A model generated the notes under the pieces. That model searched no databases. It saw only the letters and a list, made by a program, of their open reading frames with translations, and was not told the DNA's origin. From NCBI GenBank assembly GCA_030390025.1, contig CM059432.1, positions 112,532,001-112,596,000 of the forward strand: a DNA stretch of 64,000 nt, written 5' to 3'. Positions 11,337 through 21,608 of this stretch are shown here, one piece after another. Numbering within the stretch: position 1 is the first letter of the stretch; every line of letters starts with the position of its first letter. The translations under genes were made by a program, and so were the position numbers. The DNA is from Squalus acanthias (taxonomy: Eukaryota).

Positions 11337-13052
11337 TTTTTTTAATTCATTCCTGGGATGTGGGCATCGCTGGCAAGGCCAGCATTTATTGCCCATCCCT
11401 AGTTGCCCTTGAGAAGGTGGTAGTGAGCCATTGCCTTAAACTTCTGCAGTCCTTGTGGTGCAGGTACTCCCACAGTGCTGTTAGGGAGGGAGTTCCAGGA
11501 TTTTGACCCAGTGACGATGAAGGAACGGCGATATACTTCCAAGTCATGATGGTGTATGACTTGGCGGGGAACTTGGAGGTGATGGTGTTCCCATGTGCCT
11601 GCTGCCCTTATCCTTCTAGGTGGTTGAGGTCGCGGGTTTGGGAGGTGCTGCCGAAGGAGCCTTGACGAGTTGCTGCAGTGCATCTTGTAGATGGTACACA
11701 CTGCAGCCACGGTGCACCAGGTGGTGCAGCGAGTGAATGTTTAAGGTGGTGGATGGAGTGCCAATCAAGCGGGCTGCTTTGTCCTGGATGGTGTCGAGCT
11801 TCTTGAGTGTTGTTGGAGCTGCACTCATCCAGGCAAGTGGAGAGTATTCCATCACACTCCTGACTTGTGCCTTGTAGATGGTGGAAAGGCTTTGGGGAGT
11901 CAGGAGGTGAGACACTCGCTGCAGAATACCTAGCCTCTGACCTGCTCTTGTAGCCACAGTATTTATATGGCTGGTCCAGTTAAGTTTCTGGTCAATGGTG
12001 ACCCCCCCAGGATGTTGATGGTGGGGGATTCGGCGATGGTAATGCCATTGAATGTCAAGGGGCGGTGGTTAGACTCGCTTGTTGGAGATAGTTATTGCTT
12101 GGCACTTTTGTGGCGCGAATGTTACTTGCTACTTATCAGCCCAAGCCAGAATGTCATCCAGAGCTTGCTGCATTCGGGCATGGACTGCTTCATTATCTGA
12201 GGAGTTGCGAATGGAACTAAACACTGTGCAATCATCAGCGAACATCCCCACTTCTGACCTTATGATGGAGGGAAGGTCATTGATGAAGCAGCTGAAGATG
12301 GTTGGGTCTAGGACACTGCCCTGAGGAACTCCTGCAGTGTTGTCCTGGGGCTGAGATGATTGAGCTCCAACAACTACAACCATCTTCCTTTGTACTAGGT
12401 ATGACTCCCGCCAGTAGAGAGTTTTCCCCCTGATTCCCATTTACTTCAATTTTACTAGGGCTCCTTGATGCCACACTCGGTCAAATGCTGCCTTGATGTC
12501 AAGGCTAGTCACTCTCACCTCACCTCTGGAATTCAGCTCTTTTGTCCATGTTTGGACCAAGGCTGTAATGAGGTCTGGAGCCGAGTGGTCCTGGCGGAAC
12601 CCAAACAGCATCGGTGAGCAGGTAATTGGCGAGTAAGTGCCGCTTGATAGCACTGTCGATGACACCTTCCAGCACTTTGCTTATGATTGAGAGTAGGCTG
12701 ATGGGGTGGTAATTGGCCGGATTGGATTTGTCCTGCTTTTTGTGGACAGGACATACCTGGGCAGTTTTCCACATTGTCGGATACAAGCCAGTGTTATAGC
12801 TATACTGGAACAGCTTGGCTAGAGGCGCGGCTAGTTCTGGAGCACAAGTCTTCAGCACGACAGCCGGGCTGTTGTCGGGGCCCATAGTCTTTGCTGTATT
12901 CAGTGCGCTCAGTCGTTTCTTTATCACGTGGAGTGAATCAAATTGGCTGAAGACTGGCTTCTGTGATGGTGGGGACCTCAGGAGGAGGCCAATATGGATC
13001 ATTCACTCGGCACTTCTGGATGAGGATGGTTGCAAACTTTTGGCTGAAGATG
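11337..13052 (-). mobile_element. CR1-clade (Zenon-like) LINE, 5'-truncated, inserted between the Harbinger promoter and transposase ATG
   Basis: RT fragments YHPISLLS, LDIKAAFDRVWH, GVPQGSVL, MFADDCT, YKAQVRSVMEYSPLAW; A-rich 3' end at 11337. Subclade label is inferred. Confidence 0.85.
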
Positions 13053-13200
13053 GTTAGTTGCTTACTGCAGAGCTTGTAGGAGTACTGGGTTGCTGGGAGA
13101 GATTTGAGAAGTTGTTACAGTGCGCAGGGAGTGCTGCTAGACGTTGGAAAGGAGTTGGCTGCTACTGGAAGGCCCCTGAGTACATCACTTGCTCCCAGTC

Positions 13201-14295
13201 ATGGGGGCTCTAGTTGGAGTCCCCCTTGCGCTGCAGCATGACAGGGAGATGGAGCAGCGGCAGCAAAGACAAGCTGTTCGCAGAGAGAGGAGGGGAAGGA
13301 GGGCTCTCAGCAGGTTGCCTTACCCACCTAGGGTCTCAGGGAGCACTTCTCCCTGCATCTTAGCCAGGAGCAGTGTGTTCGGCGGCTCCACTTCACCAAG
13401 AACGCTGCCACCTCTTGGAACCAGACCTGCAGCCTCAGAGCAGGGTGATAACGGTGCTGCCAGTGGCCTTCAAGGTGACCGTGGCCCTGAATTTTTTCGC
13501 CACTGGATCCTTCCAGTCTGGAGCAGGAGACGCAGCAAACATCTCGCAGTTTGGTGTCCATCGCTGCATCCGGGTGGTCACTGAGGCTTTGTACTCCAGG
13601 AGAAAGGACTTTACTGTGAAGCAGGAGGAGCGTGCACTTGGCTTTGCTAGGATATCAGGCTTCCCCCTGGTGCAGGGCACCATCGATTGCACACACGTGG
13701 TTTTGCGGTGCCACATCTCAATGATGAGATGCACCGTAACCGCAAAGGGTACCATTCACTTCATGTGTAGCTGGTGTGCGACCACGCCCAGCACATCATG
13801 CTGGTGAATGCCCGCTATCCTGGCAGCAGTCAAGATGCGTTCATCCTGCGCCAGTCCGCTGTGCCAGCAATCTTCCAGCCACCACGTTGAACCCGAAGAT
13901 GGCTGCTTGGCGACAAGGGCTATCCGCACTACACCAGGCTGATGACTCCCTCGCCGCAACCCCACCACTCGTAGCCAGCACTCATATATAATGAGAGCCA
14001 TGCCGCCACCAGGAACATCATTAAGCAGACCATCGGGGTGCTGAAGCAGCATTTCTGCTGCTTTGACCGCTCAGTAGGAGCCCTCCAGTAGTCACCAGAG
14101 CAGGTGTCCCAATTTGTGGTGGTCTGCTGTATCCTCCATAACTTGGCTACCATGAGGGCACAGCCCTTGCCACCACGGGTTCCGCCACCACTTCAGGGGG
14201 AGAAAGGGGAGGAGGAGGAATGGAGGAGGCAGCCTGCACATCCACGTTCCAGACTGGCTGTCCCAGAGTGCATCATGAGACTCCGTTTCCAGTGA
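13201..14295 (+). pseudogene. Harbinger (HARBI1-like) DDE transposase pseudogene
   Basis: VTVALNFFATGSFQ...ISQFGVHRCIRVVTEAL, GFPLVQGTIDCTHV, WLLGDKGYP, YNESHAATRNIIKQTIGVLKQHF (catalytic E read as K), VCCILHNLA; several frameshifts and stops. Confidence 0.93.
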
Positions 14296-15331
14296 ATGAA
14301 ACTCCAGATCCTTGTTGCTCAACGCTTCCCCACCTTACCATTCCTCTGTCGCGGTACATTACTGCGTCCTCTTGGCCACAATGCTGAAATGAAATCCACC
14401 ACAAAGCAAACATTCTAACCAAATTTATAAATCAATCAATCCAATATTACATTCCAAAGTCAACTAATCACCCTTATGCATTCCCTTAGTGCCTGTCTTA
14501 CGTGAGTCTTTGCCTGTCCTAGTGCTCCAACAAGGTGTTACCCCAGTGGCTGCAGCATGGTTGGTGGAAAGCTGCTGACTTTCAGAGGGGGAGACTGCAG
14601 ATGGCCTTGCAGGATGACCTCAAGCAGCTCTGGGCCTAGAAGGCCCGACTGTAGACTGCACCACCTCGGCATGGGTGGCAGCAGTCTGGGATGGCTGGAT
14701 GACCGGCAGCGACAAGGGCACTGGCGGAATGGCAGTGGTGGGAGGATGAATGCTGTCATCCTGAGAGAGGACAGCAGATTCCTGCTCCACGGAGCCACTG
14801 CCACTCCTCACTGGCACCTCAGCAATCCTAGTAATCGGTTGGAGGACAGAATGCTGGACTGCTGTGACACCCTGCAAGCCGCTTTCAACCCTGATAAACG
14901 CAGCCACAATAGCAGCAGTCTGAGCTTGCGTGGCATCAAGCTGAGCCTGCATGAGATCAGTGTGAGCTTTCATGGCCAGGTTGGAGTTCTTCGGTATGTG
15001 AAAAGAGAAAGACACCAGGGTAGGATTGTGGTGAGGGGAGTGGGGAGAAAGCAAGAGGTGCATACTTACACCATCAGCAACTTGTAAGTGAGAAGAGATT
15101 GTGGGATGAGGGGGAAGTGGGATGTGAGAAGGAGAATTAGGTATGAGCATGCCGTCATCTTCAATGGTTTCAGCTTCGCTGCTCGCCACGTCCTCAATGA
15201 CAGCCCCTCCAATAATGTCGTGCACTATCTCCTCCAGCTGGGTCAGGATATGCAGGCTTGTCTGTCCCCACCAGTTAGCTGCTGCTGCCTGCGGTTGTGA
15301 GCCACCTTGGCCTGCAAGAGAGAGGGAAGTT

Positions 15332-15627
15332 TGTCAGTGAGTGTGGTGCAATGAGTTTGGGTGAAGTGTGTCAGTGAGTGTGGTGCAATGTGTCTGGGTG
15401 AAGTGTGTCAGTGAGTGTGGTGCAATGTGTCTGGGTGAAGTGTGTCAGTGAGTGTGGTGCAATGTGTCTGGGTGAAGTGTGTCAGTGAGTGTGATGCAAT
15501 GTGTGTGGGTGAAGTGTGTCAGTGACTGTGGTGCAATGTGTTTGAGTGATGTGTGTCAGTGAGTGTGGTGCAATATGTTTGGGTGATGTGTGTCAGTGAG
15601 TGTGGTGTAATGTGTTTGGTTGATGTG
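15332..15627. repeat. Tandem repeat, 8 x 37 bp, in Myb intron 1
   Basis: Unit tgtcagtgagtgtggtgcaatgtgtctgggtgaagtg starts at 15332, 15369, 15406, 15443, 15480, 15517, 15554 and 15591. Confidence 0.95.
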
Positions 15628-15893
15628 TCTGTCATAGTTGAATAGCTGGCAGTGTGTGCAAGGTGTCAGATGTGGGTGTGAGGCTTGCAGCAGTGCTAAG
15701 TGTGTGAGGGTGAAGTGAAGCTATGATGAGAGGTTTGAGTCATGATTGATTGAGATTGTTGGTAGGTGAGTGATGGGGGTGTGGTGCATTGAGCAGTGTG
15801 TGAGGCGCATGTTGCAGTTGATGGGAGATGGCATTTATAGATGCATTCACAGACCTTGAGGTCATTGAACTTCTTTCGGCACTGCATTAATGT

Positions 15894-16392
15894 CACAGAA
15901 TCATAGAATGGTTACAGCACAGTAGGAGGCCATTTGGCCCATCGAGCCTGTGCCGGCTCTCTGCAAGAGCACTTCAGCTAGTCCCACTCCCCCGCCCTTT
16001 CCCCGTAGTGCTGCAAAAAATTTTCCTTCAGGTACTTATCCAATTCCCTTTTGAAAGCCACGATTGAGTCTGCCTCCACTGGTGCTTTCAGGCAGTGCTT
16101 TCCAGATCCTAACCACTCACTGCGTAAAAAAGTTCTTCTGCCAATCACCTTAAATCTGTGTCCTCTGGTTCTCGACCCTTCCCCCAATGGGAACAGTTTC
16201 TCTCTATCTACACTGTGTAGATTCATCGTGATTTTGAACACCTCTATTAAATCTCCTCTCAACCTTCTCTGCACTAAGGAGAACAACCCCAGCTTCTCTA
16301 GTCTATCCACGTAACTGAAGTCCCTCATCCCTGGAATCATTCTCGTAAATCTTTTCTGCATCCTCTCTAAGGCCTTCACATCCTTCCTAAGG
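15894..16392 (-). mobile_element. CR1 LINE 3' fragment inserted in Myb exon 1
   Basis: LRKDVKALERMQKRFTRMIPG...RTRGHRFK, plus 3' UTR with attctatgattctgtg tail. Confidence 0.92.
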
Positions 16393-17116
16393 GCAAGGCT
16401 GCTGGCATTGACCTCGTTGGCTATCTGCTCCCACTGCCTTTGCAGTGTGTGTCTTGAGGGCCTCCTGGCCCCCTGTGGATAGAGGACCTGTCTCCTCCTT
16501 TCAATCCACTGCACTAAGGCCTCTAGTGCTGTGCCCGAGAACCTTGGAGTACTTTCTCTGACCTGTTGAGATATTATTCACTCTTCTTTCTGAACCTTGC
16601 CTCCACAACCAGTTGCATGAGCTGCTGGAGGCAAAATGCACCTCCTGTTTAAGAGGTGCAGACTGCCTTTAAGAAGTGGAGGCTAGCTTTAATTTGAGCT
16701 AGCCTCGCACGAACTTGGGCCCCCTGCTGAGCATTCAGCCACTCAGCAGAATGCTGCAATCATGTAATTAGCAGGTAGCACGAAGTTCGCGTGCTGACTG
16801 CGTTCCTTTTAACGGGCGTGGGCCAATCATGCATCGCGATCTCTGCGCCCATTTTCGGGGGCGATCAAATTTTTAGCCCATTGTTTTTCAGAAGAATCTA
16901 AATCGCCAAGTAACTGACCAATTAATACATGGGTATATATGCCAACAGACAACAAATAATGAATATTTGAGCTATACCAGGGTACTGAGAATAAGGTGAG
17001 TTGATCTCAAGGTTGAGTCCCTGAAGTAAGCCTGCTGTCCTTATTTTGCTGATCAATTGCAGGCAGGGTCTACTCTGTGGTTAACTTTTAAAATACTGTG
17101 AAGTAATTATTTAGCA

Positions 17117-17530
17117 AGTTTGCCATTTTCTTATATTCAATTACCACCTGCATCTGTTTTTAAGGGGACCGTATTACCCTCTTTCTCTCATTATACTTGT
17201 GATTTTTTTAGTGTTACCCTTGATATCTCGCACAATTTTTTTCTCGTATTCTCTTTTTGCAATTCTTACTACTTTCTTTGTATCCCTTTGCTGTTCTTTA
17301 TATCTCTCCCAGTCCGCGGGATCTCCACTATTCTTTCTTCAGTTTGCTGTTGTCAATTTCTGTCTCATTCCTTCAAAGATAGCCTTACCTAAATTTAAAC
17401 CCTTGGTTTCTGCCTCACCCTTCTCCCTCTCAAACCTAATATCAAATTCAGTCATGTTATCATCACTAGGTGTTCCCTTACCGTTAGATTGTTGACTAAT
17501 TCTGGCTCATTACTCATCACTATATCTAAA
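17117..17530 (-). mobile_element. Old CR1 internal fragments
   Basis: Similar to the CR1 EN-RT linker in 25155-25760 and 61150-61600; heavily decayed. Confidence 0.55.
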
Positions 17531-17561
17531 TCTAGCACAAACTCCAACAAGTTTTTCTGGG

Positions 17562-19625
17562 ATAACAACAGAAAATGCTGTAAACACTGAACAGGCCAGG
17601 CAGCATCCGTGGAGAGAGAAACAGAGTTAACGTTTCAGGTCTGTGACCCTTTGTCAGAACTGGAAAAAGTTAGAGATGTAACAGGTTTTAAGCAGGTGCA
17701 GAGGCAGGGAAAGTGGGGGGGAGGGGAGGAAGGAACAAAAGGGACGGTCTGTGCTAGGATGGAAGGCAGGAGAGATTAAATGTTGCAAATGGGGATGGCA
17801 GAATCATCAACAGCTGCCGCCTGAAAAAATAGGGGTAGGGGTTATGGTCTGAAATTTTTGAACTCAATATTGAGTCCAGAAGGCTCTAAAGTGCCTAATC
17901 GAAAGATGAGGTGCTGTTCCTCGAGCTTACGTTGAGCTTCATTGGAACAGTGTAAGAGGCCAAGGACAGAGAGGGAGTGGAGCAGAGAATTAAAGTGACA
18001 AGCGACGAAAAGCTCGGTGTCACCCTTATGGACTGAACGGAGGTGTTCACCCAATCTGAGTTTGGTCTTCCTAATGTAGAGGAGACCGCATCGTGAGCAG
18101 CGAATACAGTATACTAAATTGCAAGAAGTACAAGTAAATCGCTGTTTCACCTGGATGGGGTGTTTGGGGCCCTGGACAGTGGGAAGGGAGGAGGTAAAAG
18201 GGCAGGTGTTGCATATCCTGCGCTTGCACGGGAAGGTGCCATGGGGAGGGGAGGGGCTGTTGGGAGTGATTGAGGAGTGGACCAGGGTGTTGCAGAGGGA
18301 GCTGAAAGGGGAGAGGAGGGGAAGATGTGTTTGGTGGTGGGATCACGCTGGAGGTGGCGGAAACGGCGGAGGATGATCCGTTGAATGTGGAGGCTGGTGG
18401 GGTGAAAGGTGAGGACAAGGGGAACCCTATCGTGGTTCTGGGAGGGAGAAGGGGTGAGAGCAGAAGTGCGGGAAATGGAACGGACATGGTCGAGGGCCAT
18501 GCCAACACGGTAGAGGGGAATCCTCGGTTGAGGAAAAAGGAAGACATATCGGAAGCACTGGCATCGTCAGAACAAATGCGGTGGAGACGGTGAAACTGGG
18601 AGAATGGAATAGAGTCCTTACAGGAAGCGGGGTGGGAGGAAGTGTAGTCCAGGTAGCTGTGGGAGTCAGTGGGCTTGTAGTGGATGTTTGTCGATAGCCT
18701 ATCGCCAGAAATGGAGACAGAGAAGTCAAGGAAGGGAAGGGAAGAGTCGGAGATGGACCATGTGAAGGTGAGGCAAGGGTGGAAATTGAAAGCAAAGTGA
18801 ATGAAATGTTCTAGTTCAGGGCGAGAGCAGGAAACGGCACCGATACAGTCATCAATGTACTGGAAAAAGAGGTGAGGGAGGGAACCTGAGTAGGACTGGA
18901 ACATAGAATGTTCCACATATCCCACGAAAAGGCAGGCATAGCTAGGACCCATGCGGGTACCCATAGCAACACCTTTAATGTGGAGGAAGTGAGTGGAGTC
19001 AAAGGAGAAGTTTTTCAATGTGAGAACAAGTTCAGCCAGGCAGAGGAGGGTGGTGGTGGATGGGGACTGGTTGGGCCTCTGTTCAAGGAAGAAGTGGAGC
19101 GCCCTCAGGCCATCCTGGTGGGGGATGGAGGTGTAGAGGGATTGGATGTCCATAGTGAAAAGGAGACGGTTGGGGCCAGGAAACTGTAAAAGTGGCGGAG
19201 GGCGTCGGAATAGTCGCGAATGTAGGTGGGAAGAGACTGGACAAGAGGAGAAAAAATAGAGTCGTGATTGGAAGAAATCAGTTCTGTGGGGCAAGAACAG
19301 GCTGAAACGATGGGTCTACCAGGGCAGCCTTGTTTGTGGATCTTGGGAAGGAGGTAGAAGCAGGTTGTGCGGGGTTGGGGGACTTTGAGGTGACAGCCAT
19401 GGAGGGAAGATCTCCAGAGGAGATGAGGTCAGTGACAGTCTTGGAAACAATGACTTGATGTTTGGTAGTGGGGCCATGGTCCAGGGGGAGGTAGGAGGAG
19501 ATGTCAGAGAGTTGGCGTTCAGCCTCCGCATGGGTAGAGGTCGATTCGCCAAACAACAACAGCACCACCCTTGTCAGCAGGTTTAATGACAATGTTAGGG
19601 TTGGATCGGAGGGAACGGAGTGCTG
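17562..19625 (-). mobile_element. Penelope-like retroelement (Neptune-type), 5'-truncated, RT plus GIY-YIG endonuclease, frameshifted
   Basis: RT motifs TMDIQSLYTSIP, GVAMGTRMGPSYA, QYIDD, LPFLD; Cys linker CKRRICNTC; endonuclease NLVYCIRCSRCGLLYI; exact 14-bp TSD caagtttttctggg (17548-17561, 19626-19639). Confidence 0.95.
17625..17661 (-). ncRNA. Hammerhead ribozyme motif, probably inactivated (G8->A)
   Basis: AGUU-CUGACAA-A-GGGUC-ACA-GACCU-GAAA-CGUU-AACU; same as 11075-11111 except the loop and the CUGACGA core. Confidence 0.7.
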
Positions 19626-20356
19626 CAAGTTTTTCTGGGTCTTGATCTGCCTAACCAGTCATCCAGATTGCTGGAGGCCACTCAAAAAAAAACTCTAAAA
19701 AACTTTCAAAATGTTTTTTGTGGAGTTGCTCCTCATGGCTCCATAAAACAACGGTGGCCTGCTGCCAGCTCACCCTCGCCCCCTCCCGATCGACCCCTGA
19801 TTGCTGCCTGGTGGTTGGTTGATTTGGGGTGGTAATGAATTTAGGGTCAATGGTTTAAAAATTCGGGGTTTTGGCACCATCCGTTATTGCCCGATTCGGG
19901 GAATAAAATGGCGGCCACCGCACTTCCACCCGCTGCCAGTATGTCCTGTAGTGGCCGCCATTTTCAGCTGGGCGGTGGCGCTGCCGATGTCCGCACTCGC
20001 AAAAATTATGTAGATTAGGCAGATCGTGATGTCAGTGAGTGTGCAACGCTCATTTGACACCTGATGTGCGAGTTTCGACTTCGCTGCTCCACTTACTGGC
20101 ATGCCTTAAGTGCGACGAGCTGAGCACGCATTGAAAAGCAGGAAGGAGGCTCCAGCAGCGCTATTTAAAGGGATCATCAGCAACTACTTGCACCTGACAT
20201 GTTTCCGCAGTTTGACTGGCTCTGTGTAACTTTCTGCAACTCCAGCAGCTTTATAAACTTCTGTCAAGGTTCTACAGTAACAGGGAGTGTTGGTGCAAGT
20301 GGACAACGCCTTCATTCTTATTTAAAGGCTTCTGCTCACAACACTTGCTCACAGTC

Positions 20357-21422
20357 ATGGGGGCTCTACTTGCAGTCCCCCTCGTGCTCAAGTATCTTAG
20401 GGAGAGGGAGCGGAGGCAGCGAAGAAGAGGAGAAGATGCGCACAGAGGGAGGAGGAGAAGGGCCAGGAGGGCTCTCAACAGGAGGCCTTACCCACCTAGG
20501 GTCTTCCGAGAGCATTTCTCTTATAGCCACTTAAGTGAGGAGCAGTGTATTAGGAGTCTCCACTTCACCAAGGAGGTGGTCACAGAACTCTGCCACCTCC
20601 TGGAACCAGACCTGCAGCCTCAGAGCATGGCGAACACGACTCTCCCAGTGGCAGTCAAGGTCACCGTGGATCTCAATATCTTCGCCAGCGGATCCTTCCA
20701 TATTGCAGCAGGAGACATAGCCAACATTTCCCAGTTCACCGTCCATCGCTGCATCCGAGAGGTCACTGAGGCTCTCTACACCAAGAGAAGGGACTACGTT
20801 GTCTTCTCTCTGACTAGAGAGAAGCAGGACGAGCGTGCATGTGGCTTTGCCAGGATAGCAGGGTTCCTCATGGTGCAGGGCAGCATCAACTGCACACAGG
20901 TGGCTTTGCGGGCGTATAACAATCCTGAGATCTTCCGTAACCGCAAAGACTACCACTCACTTAATGTACAGTTGTTGTGCGACCACGCCCAGCGCTTCCT
21001 GATGGTTAATGCCCACTATCCTGGCAGCAGTCTGATGTGCCAGCAATCTTTCAACCACCACATCAAACCCAAGAGTGGCTGCTCGAAGACAAGGGCTATC
21101 CGCTCTGCACCTGGCTGATGATTCCCCTCCGCTACCCCACTTCTCGTGCCCAGCACTCCTATAATGAGAGCCGTGCTGCCACCATGATTATCATCGAGCG
21201 GATCATCGGGCTACTGATGCAATGGTTCCGCTGCCTTGACCACTCATGAGGAGCCTTCCAATACTCGGCGGAGCTGGCGTGCCATTTTGTGCTGGTCTGC
21301 TGCATGCTTCACAACTTGGCCATCATGAGGGCGCAGCCCTTGCCAGCAGGGATTGCGGGACAGCAAATCCCCCTTCGGCACGATTTGTCCGTGAATGCTT
21401 CATCAGACTCCGATTCCAGTGA
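20357..21422 (+). pseudogene. Harbinger (HARBI1-like) DDE transposase pseudogene
   Basis: ORF 20345-21118 (LPVAVKVT...ASGSF...ISQFTVHRCIREVTEAL, GSINCTQV with D->N, RNRKDYHSLNVQLLCDH), then frameshift to WLLEDKGYP...IIERIIGLLMQWFRCL; premature stop. Confidence 0.95.
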
Positions 21423-21608
21423 ATGAAACCCCAGATCCCTGTTGCTCACCGTATCCCCATCCATCACATCCTCATCTTACCATCCCTCTGTCATGGAATA
21501 TCGTAACGTCCTCCTGGGCACAAAGTTGAAATGAGAGCCACCACAAAACAAAGATTCCAAACAAAATTATCAAGTTCATCAACAATCAATTCACACATAG
21601 TATATCAG

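Larger units (their letters stand above)
14465..16570 (-). pseudogene. Harbinger Myb/SANT-like gene, multi-exon, disrupted by CR1
   Basis: RRRQVLYPQGARRPSRHTLQRQWEQIANEVNAS [CR1] TLMQCRKKFNDL; acceptor ttgcag|GCCAAGGTGGCTCACAAC at 15311; C-terminal exon homologous to 21609-22604. Confidence 0.85.
11281..16879. mobile_element. Decayed two-gene PIF/Harbinger transposon (left TIR lost)
   Basis: Promoter block ccagcgctatttaaagggat (homologous to about 20153-20174), transposase on +, convergent Myb gene on -, right TIR aaatttttagccc ending at 16879; collinear with 19852-26089. Confidence 0.88.

Noticed and set aside
15332..15627. 37-bp repeats as a CRISPR array
   Set aside because: Units are head-to-tail with no unique spacers, there are no cas genes, and the context is a eukaryotic transposon intron.
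13201..21422. Host HARBI1 gene copies
   Set aside because: Both are frameshifted, have mutated DDE residues and lie in elements with Harbinger ends and convergent Myb genes, so they are transposon pseudogenes.
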